From positions 1,711-65,710 of the forward strand of contig JACRKE010000026.1 in the NCBI GenBank assembly GCA_016215335.1: a stretch of DNA of 64,000 bases, in the 5' to 3' direction. Source of the DNA: Candidatus Vogelbacteria bacterium (GTDB lineage: Bacteria; Patescibacteriota; Minisyncoccia; Phycocordibacterales; JACRKE01). Below, piece after piece: positions 39,325 through 48,308 of the stretch. Each line of letters starts with the position of its first letter. Positions within the stretch are counted from its first letter, which is position 1. The position numbers were made by a program, and so were the translations under genes. Below the pieces are notes generated by a model. The model worked only from the letters and a program-made list of their open reading frames with translations, was not told where the DNA came from and searched no databases.

Positions 39325-41103
39325 ATGCGAAAGAAGGCCCTAGTAATATTTAATGACAATTGCCATGAGGACAACGCCAAATGGTGGCAACAATTTAATG
39401 TTGTTTTTGCCCATGAGCGATATAGGCCTACCGCCGAAAAATATGGTTTAGAATTTGAAAATATAGAAGAACTTCTATTAGAAGGAAGCATATACGAGGC
39501 AAGCGCACTTGCAGAAGAATTGTCTCGACTCAAGTTAAAAGACGGATCTAGGCTAACAAAATTATTAGTCTATAAGGGCTATGAGTTATGGTGGATAAAC
39601 TATAATAGACTATATCTTTTTTATTGTTTGCCTTTCACACAATACAAAAAATTATTTGAGCGAATAAATAATTTCAATTCAGTCCATCTTTTCGATCCTC
39701 CATTTAGGGGTTTGTTTCATTTATATCTTGAAGCATACAATTGTGAAGTCGATGTAATACGTGGACATGGGTTTAAAAGCCCTTTTTTTCTTCCATGGGG
39801 TATTCTTGTGCAAATTTTTTTAACGATTATTTTTATACCATTCCTCATAATCAAAAAACATAGCCTAATGGTTTTCATAGGAGACAAATTTGAAAAAAAT
39901 CATGACTATGATTTTAGGATGAAATTTATTTACGAAGAGCTAAGAGAGAGACAAATTCCTTTTGTTGAGTTTGTACGAAGCCTTGAGCCTTGGAAAAATA
40001 TTCTTGAGCACGCCTTAATCAGGAAACGACCTGTCGTTTATTCAGAAGCCGTTGTGTATCTTGGAAAGTTTTTGAGTCTTATTACGGGCGGACGACAAAT
40101 ATCTAAAGCAAAGTATGGTACTACTAATTTCTCACACGTCGTAGACAAAGAAATGCGTTTTAAATTTATGCTTGCAACTCAATACATTTCCTGCGCGCAT
40201 AATGACATATGGGCAATTCGTATAATGAAATTAATTCTAAAGATTATAGGTGTTAAGGCATGTTTCGTAACGGCAGCACTTGAGCGCAATTTTCATGCCG
40301 TTATGGGATGCAAATTAAATGATATTCCCACTGTAGGTATTATGCATGGACTTTCATCCAAGTATTATACTGTTTTTGATCTTTTCCCGAGTTTCGAGGG
40401 AGGTAAGCCCATGGCAGTAGACAAATACGGGGTTTGGAGTGAATGGTGGAAGGAATATTATATAAAAAATGGCACTACGTATCTACCGAACCAGCTTCAT
40501 GTTTCAGGTTTAATGAGGCCACTCGAAAATGAAGATTTGAAAATAGTAGATGAAGTTGAATCTGTCAGAACTAGTTCACTGATTAAAGTACTTTTTGTCC
40601 CGGGACAGATATCGGAACCTAAAGAAGTTGCTCCTTATCTACTGGCTCTATTGAAGGATCCTGCCATGTCTGTCTATCTAACTTTTCGTCCATACAGAGA
40701 TGGCTTTGAAAGGAAGCTAATGAAATATGATTCGAGAATTGTTAGTCTGGTTGGGGAAGACAGAATTTTTAGGGGGAATATAAAGGATGCAATCGCTGAA
40801 TGTGATATCGTGGTAGGGTCCAACAGCACTGCTGTACTGGAGGCCTTATTGCAGTTAAAGCCGCTTACTTTATTCAAGACGACAAAATGGGGTGATTACT
40901 TTTATGCCAAGTCTTTCAGTTCAGAAGGAAAATTTTATGCAGAAACCCCGGAAGATCTTATTCAGTGTATTAAGACAAACGTAGAAACACCAAAGATTTT
41001 GTTAAATAAACTACAAGAAAGATTCTTTGGTAATCCTTATTCTAACGGAAGCAAATGGGTCGTCAATCAACTTGAAGAAGCTATCACTTTAAAGAAAAAT
41101 TGA
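39325..41103 (+). CDS. hypothetical protein (592 aa; one internal hydrophobic helix); candidate capsule-type (ulosonic-acid?) transferase
   Basis: no recognisable motif by eye; its placement downstream of the kdsB-like gene is the only functional hint. Confidence 0.3.
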   Translation: MRKKALVIFNDNCHEDNAKWWQQFNVVFAHERYRPTAEKYGLEFENIEELLLEGSIYEASALAEELSRLKLKDGSRLTKLLVYKGYELWWINYNRLYLFYCLPFTQYKKLFERINNFNSVHLFDPPFRGLFHLYLEAYNCEVDVIRGHGFKSPFFLPWGILVQIFLTIIFIPFLIIKKHSLMVFIGDKFEKNHDYDFRMKFIYEELRERQIPFVEFVRSLEPWKNILEHALIRKRPVVYSEAVVYLGKFLSLITGGRQISKAKYGTTNFSHVVDKEMRFKFMLATQYISCAHNDIWAIRIMKLILKIIGVKACFVTAALERNFHAVMGCKLNDIPTVGIMHGLSSKYYTVFDLFPSFEGGKPMAVDKYGVWSEWWKEYYIKNGTTYLPNQLHVSGLMRPLENEDLKIVDEVESVRTSSLIKVLFVPGQISEPKEVAPYLLALLKDPAMSVYLTFRPYRDGFERKLMKYDSRIVSLVGEDRIFRGNIKDAIAECDIVVGSNSTAVLEALLQLKPLTLFKTTKWGDYFYAKSFSSEGKFYAETPEDLIQCIKTNVETPKILLNKLQERFFGNPYSNGSKWVVNQLEEAITLKKN

Positions 41104-41145
41104 TGGATTATTCGATATTTGCAATAGGTATTAGAGAATGCTTTA

Positions 41146-42069
41146 ATGGCAATTAATATGGCCCGCGACATTATAAAAAAAATATCAGAGCTCTTAATAC
41201 ATATTGAGGATAATAATGACTTAAAGAATGTTGTGCACAGTCTTGAAGGATTTAGTGGGAAAAAAATAATTGCCACACTGCAAGGAATTACAAAGATACT
41301 TTGTGAAGATTCAGTATATCTTGAGATAGGTGTTTTCCGTGGGCTTACGCTTTTGTCGAATGCTTTCGAAAACAAAAAAGTTCCGTGTTGCGGTATAGAT
41401 AATTTTTCATTATTCGATGCTGAAAGAAATAACCGTCGTATTATAGAAACGAATATAAATCAATTAGGTTTATCTAACGTAAACATTATCGATCGCGACT
41501 ATGAGGACGCTCTTGGATCATTAACTGATTATATTGGAGCGAAAAAGGTTGGGGTTTTCTTTGTGGATGGTCCACATGATTATCGATCTCAGTTAGTTTC
41601 ACTTTTGTGGATAGTTCCGCATCTGGCCGATAATTGCGCGATAATAATAGACGATGCTAATTACTCTCATGTGCGTCAAGCAACAAACGATTTTTTGCGT
41701 ACGTTTCCCGACTTTGCGCTTATAGCAGAAGCTTATACCCCTAAACACCCCGCAAATATGAATGATGAGGAAAAAAGAAATGCGCTTAATGGTTGGTGGA
41801 ACGGTATAAATATTATAGTGCGCGATCCCGAAAGATTGATATCGAGAAAATTGGCAAAAGAAGATAATAAAAAACTACATTTTGCATCCCACGACATTTT
41901 CCGGCACGAATTTGCCGATGTAGCCTTTGATATCATGAGGCTCGCTCAATTGGCTAAATTTGATGAATTGAAGAAACTTATTGCAAAACATAAAAGCGAT
42001 TATCCTGAATTCTTCGAACACCAGAATACTTTTAGTGACTCTCTTACGCGTTTTGTGGTGTACAGTTGA
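41146..42069 (+). CDS. class I SAM-dependent O-methyltransferase, TylF/MycF (Methyltransf_24)-like
   Basis: YLEIGVFRGLTL ... FFVDGPHDYRSQ ... IIIDDANY resembles macrocin-O-MT/CmcI family. Confidence 0.5.
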   Translation: MAINMARDIIKKISELLIHIEDNNDLKNVVHSLEGFSGKKIIATLQGITKILCEDSVYLEIGVFRGLTLLSNAFENKKVPCCGIDNFSLFDAERNNRRIIETNINQLGLSNVNIIDRDYEDALGSLTDYIGAKKVGVFFVDGPHDYRSQLVSLLWIVPHLADNCAIIIDDANYSHVRQATNDFLRTFPDFALIAEAYTPKHPANMNDEEKRNALNGWWNGINIIVRDPERLISRKLAKEDNKKLHFASHDIFRHEFADVAFDIMRLAQLAKFDELKKLIAKHKSDYPEFFEHQNTFSDSLTRFVVYS

Positions 42070-42116
42070 TTAACAAGTAATATATCTGCCAGTTTGCTAT
42101 CGAGGTCATATTCAAA

Positions 42117-42773
42117 TCAGTATTTTTTAATGATAACAGGAACTCCTTTTCGTGCTACAACATACACATTAGCGTAAGCGGCTCCATTTTTGGACAATGC
42201 ATCCAGTCGGTAGGCTGTTGCTTTAATGAGGCGCATGAGAATGTTTCTTAACTTTCGTTTTAGCTTTGACAATGAAGACATCTCGTAGTGACTAAATCTT
42301 GAAAAGTGAATCATTTCTGCCAATACGGAAGGTGTCTTCCCGTAGCAACCGCTTTCCTCTATTATAAATGATTCATTTTCGAACAGGCTTTCCAGTCCCT
42401 CTTTTGTATAGCGGAAAAAATCGTATGGATCTGCATGAAAAGGAATCATAAATGGCGCCGTAATTATACATACTCCACCCGGTTTTAGAATACGTCTAAT
42501 CTCTCCGACAACAACCCATGGTTTTTCCACGTGTTCCAACATCTGGGTTGAGATGACAGTATTAAATGAATCATTTGAAAAAGGAGTATCGGTAGCATCT
42601 CCTGTAACATCGATATTATTTCCGGGCACCATATCAAAAGTTATGTACTCACTTGTGTGCGAAGCAATAAGTCCTTTATATTTTGCGCTCCCAGCACCAA
42701 AGTCGAGTGTCTTTCCTGAAATATATTTACTAAGATATGCCACAACGGCACGAGTGTTTTTCAAATTGTCCAT
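42117..42773 (-). CDS. class I SAM-dependent methyltransferase
   Basis: TLDFGAGSAKY motif I; ILKPGGVCIIT. Confidence 0.7.
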   Translation of the reverse strand: MDNLKNTRAVVAYLSKYISGKTLDFGAGSAKYKGLIASHTSEYITFDMVPGNNIDVTGDATDTPFSNDSFNTVISTQMLEHVEKPWVVVGEIRRILKPGGVCIITAPFMIPFHADPYDFFRYTKEGLESLFENESFIIEESGCYGKTPSVLAEMIHFSRFSHYEMSSLSKLKRKLRNILMRLIKATAYRLDALSKNGAAYANVYVVARKGVPVIIKKY

Positions 42774-42785
42774 GATTAAATATTA

Positions 42786-43514
42786 TTACAACAATTCACC
42801 GTTTGTTAAATACACGCAACTCTTTCTTTCACAAGCGTACTGCAAAAATTTTTCAAGATCATTCCACATACCATATTTTTCGATTTCCCACGAATGTCCC
42901 CATAAATGAAATACTTCACCCGTTTTAATCGCACTATCAAAAGTGGCTTTTGTTGCGCTTAACCATGAGTACATTGATCGTGTGGGTACTCCGAGATGTT
43001 TGAGATTAAAAGCCCTTTGCGCATATGGCTCAAAAAGTTTTCTTAGGTAATATCGTTTTGCTCCCAACTTGCGAAAAGGAAATGGATACACCTGAATTGT
43101 CGTATTCATGCGAAAAGGATAAATAGGAGAATTTATAAACCCCAAACCTGTGGTTCGCGCTCCAATAAAACCAGCTTCTTTTACTGCAGTTACCACAGAG
43201 TCGTCATAAAATCCTTTTGGATAGCAAAACATTTTTACCTCAAAGTCTAAAAGATTTTCAAGCCACTTTTTACTGCCGGCGATTTCTTCTCTTTGCTTTT
43301 CAGGCGATAATTCACGTAGGTCTGGATGTGTTAGGGTGTGTGCCCCTATTTCCTGCGTAGTGGCAAGGCGTTTGATGTCATCATCTGTTAGGCGATTCAG
43401 GCGCAACTCTTTTGTTATATAAAATGTCCCCTTGATACCATATCGAATTAACATGTCCGAAAGTCGGTTGTCTAGGATGTCCCCGTCGTCCCAACTAGTT
43501 GTTACTTTAAGCAT
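42786..43514 (-). CDS. polysaccharide deacetylase (NodB homology domain)
   Basis: TTSWDDGD (TFDDG motif) and IGAHTLTHPDL (H-x-x-x-H motif). Confidence 0.7.
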   Translation of the reverse strand: MLKVTTSWDDGDILDNRLSDMLIRYGIKGTFYITKELRLNRLTDDDIKRLATTQEIGAHTLTHPDLRELSPEKQREEIAGSKKWLENLLDFEVKMFCYPKGFYDDSVVTAVKEAGFIGARTTGLGFINSPIYPFRMNTTIQVYPFPFRKLGAKRYYLRKLFEPYAQRAFNLKHLGVPTRSMYSWLSATKATFDSAIKTGEVFHLWGHSWEIEKYGMWNDLEKFLQYACERKSCVYLTNGELL

Positions 43515-44180
43515 TTATCGTGAGTTAATTGAACTGCTTTTTTGGGCTATTAAAATATAACCGTGGGTAAATAATTTGTTAGCTCGACTATCGTCTCGAC
43601 TATCTAGAAAAATAGCCCAAGTGCCCAAAATTTTTAGCCGTAGGCTAAATATTTTGGCGAACCATTTATTGTTTGGACGAATACGTTCAATCCAATAACG
43701 TGCTTTGAGTTGAGCCATAATACTCCAATAACCACCTCTTCGTTCGAGCACCTTGATTTCGAATCCGACATCTTCGGCCAAACGTCGCAAGCCATGTATG
43801 GTGAATCGCCAAAAATCAAATGGTTCATCGTGTAGCGGGTCAAAAAGATTCTCGGTTATAAGCACTACGTCACCAGGCCGTAAAACTCTGTACAGTTCAT
43901 TAAAGGCCTTAGAAAGTTCATATACATCTCCTAAAACTTGAGTACAGACAATTGAGTTAAACGCTTGATCCTTGAATGGTATCATTTCGATTCTGCCTAC
44001 TACATCAACATTTTTGCCGGGTTCGATATCCATTTTAACATATTCATCAAACTGAAATAGATTCTGATAGCGCGAAAAACTACCAGACCCAATGTCTAAA
44101 ACTCGTCCATTTATTAAGCTGGAATACTTCTTGATTTGTTGGTAAAGCTCTATTCGTCCCGTTTTGTATATGTATGTCAT
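43515..44180 (-). CDS. class I SAM-dependent methyltransferase
   Basis: RVLDIGSGS motif I; LRPGDVVLIT. Confidence 0.7.
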   Translation of the reverse strand: MTYIYKTGRIELYQQIKKYSSLINGRVLDIGSGSFSRYQNLFQFDEYVKMDIEPGKNVDVVGRIEMIPFKDQAFNSIVCTQVLGDVYELSKAFNELYRVLRPGDVVLITENLFDPLHDEPFDFWRFTIHGLRRLAEDVGFEIKVLERRGGYWSIMAQLKARYWIERIRPNNKWFAKIFSLRLKILGTWAIFLDSRDDSRANKLFTHGYILIAQKSSSINSR

Positions 44181-44202
44181 AATTGTATTGTTAGTATGGG
44201 AG

Positions 44203-45483
44203 TTATTCGCTTGTTGATATTTTCCAGACCATTATATTGATCAAGAATGAGACAAAAGAAAAAGACACTTTTGCTATAATCAGACCCAAGATTCCACCCC
44301 ATATTCCCAGAACTATATAGAGCAAAATCTGAGTAGTGTTTTGCACAAGGCTACTTACAAAAATTGATTTCGTTAATTTTTGAGCTGTGAGAATAAGGCC
44401 CACATAACGGTTGGGTAAGGCGAAAATAATACTAATTGCCAACAATTGAGAATAAAACAATCCGTCAATATATTTTGGAATCAAATATTTAAACAAAAAG
44501 GGCGACAAGACAACATAAGCCAATGTGCAAATCGCACCTATTACTAAGCCTTGGATAATCCGTCTTCTGAAAATAGAGTTTATCTCAGTGGCTGTTTTTG
44601 AAGCAAACTTTGGGAAGCCTAAGCTGGTATAATCTTTGAGCATTCCCGTGGCGCGATTAGGCATGGCATTTGCTAATGAGTATACAGCTAAGGAAGAAGC
44701 CCCCCAAAAGTGAACAAGGACTATACTGTCTATTTGAGCCACAATCTTTCCGAGGTAGCCGATAAATGTTAGGTTGCGCCCATAGTTTATAACTTCCTTT
44801 ATTTCTGATTTTGGGCCAGAAACAGCACTTGGAGGCCGATAGATTCTTGTTACTGCTACATAGAAGATTAAATTTGAGATAAATGTTGTAAGAGAGTAGG
44901 CGACAATTAGCCAGACAACCAAATCGCCACTTAAGTAAATGGCTGTAATCATACCAACTACATATATCAAGGTAGAGACAAAACCACACAAGTTTACGAC
45001 TTTGAACTTCTTTTTTCCTGCTAGGTATGAATTGTATGTATTAAGTGTTGCAGTTAATGGTGAGAATATACCCATTACCCATATAGAAATAGCGAGAGTT
45101 GGATTGCCGTTTAGTAAGTAATAAGAGCCCAAGACCAGTGCCGCTCCGAACATTAATAAATTCCATTTTAATTGGTATATGATAGAAGCTTTGAATGCGT
45201 ATTCTTTTCCGGCCGCAACGGCTTGTGTGACAGCTTCATTCATGCCGGTTAGGGTGAAAATATTTAATATTCCAGCTATTGATAAAATATATCGGTAAAG
45301 ACCATATGTTTCCTTATTAACTAGGTTAGCAAAAATTATTACTAAAACTAGAGATAGAACACTACTGCTGATTTGTCCAAAAAACACCCAAAAACCGTTT
45401 TTTGCAACATACACCATGTCTGTTTTAAACAGATGTTCATGCTTGCGTAGCACGTTGTATAACGTAGACTTAAGAAACTGCAT
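44203..45483 (-). CDS. wzx: oligosaccharide flippase (Wzx/polysaccharide biosynthesis protein family)
   Basis: 426 aa, 12-14 TM helices, typical Wzx N-terminal cytoplasmic start followed by hydrophobic repeats. Confidence 0.7.
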   Translation of the reverse strand: MQFLKSTLYNVLRKHEHLFKTDMVYVAKNGFWVFFGQISSSVLSLVLVIIFANLVNKETYGLYRYILSIAGILNIFTLTGMNEAVTQAVAAGKEYAFKASIIYQLKWNLLMFGAALVLGSYYLLNGNPTLAISIWVMGIFSPLTATLNTYNSYLAGKKKFKVVNLCGFVSTLIYVVGMITAIYLSGDLVVWLIVAYSLTTFISNLIFYVAVTRIYRPPSAVSGPKSEIKEVINYGRNLTFIGYLGKIVAQIDSIVLVHFWGASSLAVYSLANAMPNRATGMLKDYTSLGFPKFASKTATEINSIFRRRIIQGLVIGAICTLAYVVLSPFLFKYLIPKYIDGLFYSQLLAISIIFALPNRYVGLILTAQKLTKSIFVSSLVQNTTQILLYIVLGIWGGILGLIIAKVSFSFVSFLINIMVWKISTSE

Positions 45484-45537
45484 ATTTCATAAATTATATC
45501 ACACAATCAATGTATTGTATAATATGCTTTACCCGAG

Positions 45538-45715
45538 GGCTTTATCGGTTTCCGTGTTGCAAAAAAACTTTTAGAAAGTGGCCACACTGTAGTCGGAATT
45601 GATTGTATCAGGGTTTGCGTCAAGGATTAAGATTGAAGAAGGAGTGAACAGATTTGTTGATTGGTTTTTGGAAAATAAAAACTGGTTACTTAAGCTTAAA
45701 GAGCCCAAGCAATAG
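45538..45715 (+). pseudogene. relic of an NAD-dependent sugar epimerase/dehydratase with internal deletion and frameshift
   Basis: frame 1 encodes GFIGFRVAKKLLESGHTVVGID (epimerase N-terminal Rossmann fold) and runs into a stop after 30 codons. Frame +1 encodes IKIEEGVNRFVDWFLENKNWLLKLKEPKQ* (typical epimerase C-terminus). Confidence 0.5.
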
Positions 45716-45758
45716 CTTAAAAGCTTGGCTTTTCTCTCACGAGTGTTATATTAGACCA

Positions 45759-47954
45759 ATGCAAACAAATAAGTGGCTTAGATGGGGGATACTTGCGGGA
45801 CTTTTTGTCACACCTTTTATAGCCTTTATAGTGCCTTACAGCACTTTTTTCCCATTCATTACGGGTAAAAACTTTGTTTTTAGGATTCTCGTGGAAATTA
45901 TATTCGCTCTTTGGCTCGTACTTTGCCTACACGATAAGTCTTATTGGCCTCGCAAGAGCTGGATAATGTGGTCAGCGACAACTTTTGTCATCGTTCTTGC
46001 GATTGCAGATATTTTTGGTGCTAATCAGGAGAGAAGTTTCTGGTCAAATTACGAACGTATGGAAGGGCTTGTTATGCACTTGCATTTGTTTATGTATTTC
46101 TTGATGGCTTCCTCCGTAATGGTTGCTTACAGTTCTGTTGAACAAAGCAGAAAAGTTTGGCATTGGCTATTCAACACATCAATTGGTGCTTCGGTCATAA
46201 TGATGCTCTATGCCTTTATGCAGGCTGCTGGCAAATTTGATGTGCATCAAGGCGTAACGAGATTGGACGCCACTCTCGGCAATTCCGCGTATATGGCCAT
46301 CTATATGGTATTTCATATATTCTTCCTGTTCTACTTTATTTGTGAAGTCACTACCTCTAAGGCCATGAAGTGGTTTTATGGCGTGGTTGCATTTCTAGAG
46401 GTAATCATTTTATACAAAACAGCGACTAGGGGTGCAATTATCGGGCTCGTTGTTGGGGTACTTGCCTCGCTCGTAATTTATGCTGTTAGATCAAAAGAAT
46501 CTGAACATGCAAAAAAAGTTGTTTATGGAGCTATCGCTGCAATCGTACTGGTGATTCTTGTTTTCTTCGCTGTGCAGAACACTTCTCTTGTGCAAAATAA
46601 TCCAACACTACAACGTTTTACAGTGAAGACTCTCGTAGATACCGTCTATACTCGTTCCACAATCTGGAGTATGGCGTTCGAGGGCTTCAAGGAGAATCCG
46701 GTTTTGGGTTGGGGACAGGACAATTTCAATTTCGTATTTAACAAATACTACAGCTCATCACTTTACGCGCAGGAGCCGTGGTTTGATCGAGCGCACAATG
46801 TGTTCTTCGATTGGCTCATTGCTGGAGGCTTGCTCGGTCTGCTAGCTTATCTAGCGCTTTATATTTCAGGGCTTTGGACACTTTGGAAACTTCATGATGA
46901 TAAGATGTCGATTGCCGCAAAAGCAATTTTCACCGGGCTTTTCGTGGCTTACTTCGTACACAATTTTACAGTATTCGATAATCTTATAAGCTACGTACTT
47001 TTCTTCACTGTCCTTGCTTTTATCCATTCTATTTCGCTACCACACCATGAAAAACATGTCTCGGAGGTGTTCCAAATGCCTGAAGCTTACCGATACGCGA
47101 TGATTGCGCTTGTGGTAGTTCTTGCTGTTGTTACCATTTACAAAGTAAATGTGCCGGCTATTCAAGCAAACCGAGTTCTTCTAAAAGCGATTAATCCCAC
47201 ATACCCAATTTCCGAACAGATAAATAACTTCAAAACGGCGATCGAGCTTGATTCATTCGGTACTCCCGAGGCGCGCGAACAACTCATGCAGTCCGCCATA
47301 AGGCAGATACAAGGAAACGGTACACAAGCCGAAAAAGAGCAGTACCTGATGTATGCCGAACAGCAGATGCTTAAGCAGATTACAGAATCGCCAAATGACG
47401 CACGCTACAGAGTTTTCATTGGAACTTTCTACGAGCAACTCGGCAAACATGAGCTGGCTATAACTGAACTTGGCAAAGCACATGAGTTATCACCGGGCAA
47501 GCAAACGATTCTATTCGGCTTGACGAGTGCGTATTTGAATTTGAAAAATTATCCAAAAGCTTTAGAGCTAGCGAAACAAGCGTATGAGCTTGAGCCTCGA
47601 TTTGATGAAGCTGCTTACAACTATTTAGCTACATTAATTTATTCAGGTAAGTCAGACGAAGTCGACCAGCTTATTCAAAATAGGTTTGAAGGCCAACCCG
47701 TAACTTACGGAACGGTTATTGCCGCCTACGCCGCAACTAAACAGTATTCAAAATTGATCAAAATCTGGCAGGATAGAATAAAGTCGGAACCGACGAATGG
47801 CCAGAATTACGTCTCTCTGGCCGCGACATATCTTGCTATGGGTGAGCGACAGCTTGCTATAGAACAACTCAAGTCTGCTATTCAGGTGAATCCTGGTTTT
47901 AAGGACCAAGGCGAATTTTATATTAAAGAGATTCAGGCGGGGAGGAATCCTTGA
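45759..47954 (+). CDS. O-antigen ligase/polymerase-family (Wzy_C) membrane protein with C-terminal TPR repeats
   Basis: N-terminal ~450 aa polytopic with a large periplasmic loop (Wzy_C-like); the C-terminal ~280 aa are TPR-like helical repeats. The start is taken at the ATG at 45759; the track ORF start at 45654 overlaps the epimerase relic. Confidence 0.65.
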   Translation: MQTNKWLRWGILAGLFVTPFIAFIVPYSTFFPFITGKNFVFRILVEIIFALWLVLCLHDKSYWPRKSWIMWSATTFVIVLAIADIFGANQERSFWSNYERMEGLVMHLHLFMYFLMASSVMVAYSSVEQSRKVWHWLFNTSIGASVIMMLYAFMQAAGKFDVHQGVTRLDATLGNSAYMAIYMVFHIFFLFYFICEVTTSKAMKWFYGVVAFLEVIILYKTATRGAIIGLVVGVLASLVIYAVRSKESEHAKKVVYGAIAAIVLVILVFFAVQNTSLVQNNPTLQRFTVKTLVDTVYTRSTIWSMAFEGFKENPVLGWGQDNFNFVFNKYYSSSLYAQEPWFDRAHNVFFDWLIAGGLLGLLAYLALYISGLWTLWKLHDDKMSIAAKAIFTGLFVAYFVHNFTVFDNLISYVLFFTVLAFIHSISLPHHEKHVSEVFQMPEAYRYAMIALVVVLAVVTIYKVNVPAIQANRVLLKAINPTYPISEQINNFKTAIELDSFGTPEAREQLMQSAIRQIQGNGTQAEKEQYLMYAEQQMLKQITESPNDARYRVFIGTFYEQLGKHELAITELGKAHELSPGKQTILFGLTSAYLNLKNYPKALELAKQAYELEPRFDEAAYNYLATLIYSGKSDEVDQLIQNRFEGQPVTYGTVIAAYAATKQYSKLIKIWQDRIKSEPTNGQNYVSLAATYLAMGERQLAIEQLKSAIQVNPGFKDQGEFYIKEIQAGRNP

Positions 47955-47964
47955 GTTTCTGGAT

Positions 47965-48053
47965 AAGTAAATAGTATATTGTACATAGTATATAGGAAAG
48001 AAATCCCCATGCATTATTTTGCTATGTACTATATACTATTTACCATATACTAA
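47965..48053. promoter_or_regulatory. composite element: inverted copy (47965-47997) + direct copy (48022-48053) of the AT-rich promoter-like element
   Basis: TAAGTAAATAGTATATTGTACATAGTATATAGG ... CTATGTACTATATACTATTTACCATATACTAA; begins 11 nt after the ligase stop and ends 4 nt before the ATG at 48058. Confidence 0.5.
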
Positions 48054-48057
48054 CCCA

Positions 48058-48213
48058 ATGCGTTACACTTGGACATCAGTAGCAATCATAGTTATTTGGA
48101 TTTCCGCGAGTATTCTCATTGTAAGCGGCAGTTTGCCGGATCCTGAAGTTTTCTTCCTCTATCTCATGGCTATCACAGTGGTGCTCTCATACATCGGTTT
48201 TAGGTCAGCATAG
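48058..48213 (+). CDS. small membrane peptide (51 aa, two hydrophobic segments), paralog of 50391-50558
   Basis: MRYTWTSVAIIVIWISASILIV...LMAITVVLSYIGFRSA aligns with MKYPWTAISLTVIWLSTTYMII...LIGTIIIALIGFRSP; the track ORF 48019 uses a TTG inside the element. Confidence 0.45.
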   Translation: MRYTWTSVAIIVIWISASILIVSGSLPDPEVFFLYLMAITVVLSYIGFRSA

Positions 48214-48224
48214 GACTCAAAAGA

Positions 48225-48308
48225 ATATAGTAAATAGTACATTGTATATAGCGGACTGAATCAAATCAGTATTCCCTATATACTATATACGATGTACAAT
48301 ATACTAGT
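48225..48308. promoter_or_regulatory. composite element: inverted copy (48225-48254) + direct copy (48274-48308)
   Basis: ATATAGTAAATAGTACATTGTATATAGCGG ... CCCTATATACTATATACGATGTACAATATACTAGT; abuts the ATG at 48309. Confidence 0.5.

Noticed and set aside
45654-45758. Track ORF start of the Wzy_C-TPR gene at 45654
   Set aside because: The extension overlaps the epimerase relic in a different frame. The hydrophobic N-terminus starts after the ATG at 45759 (MQTNKWLRWG).
48019-48057. TTG start at 48019 for the small peptide, and TTG start at 61747 for rpiB
   Set aside because: Both extensions are translations of the AT-rich repeat element itself (LCTIYYLPY..., CISYILFTIYNILIN). Internal ATGs at 48058 and 61798 give the conserved protein starts.
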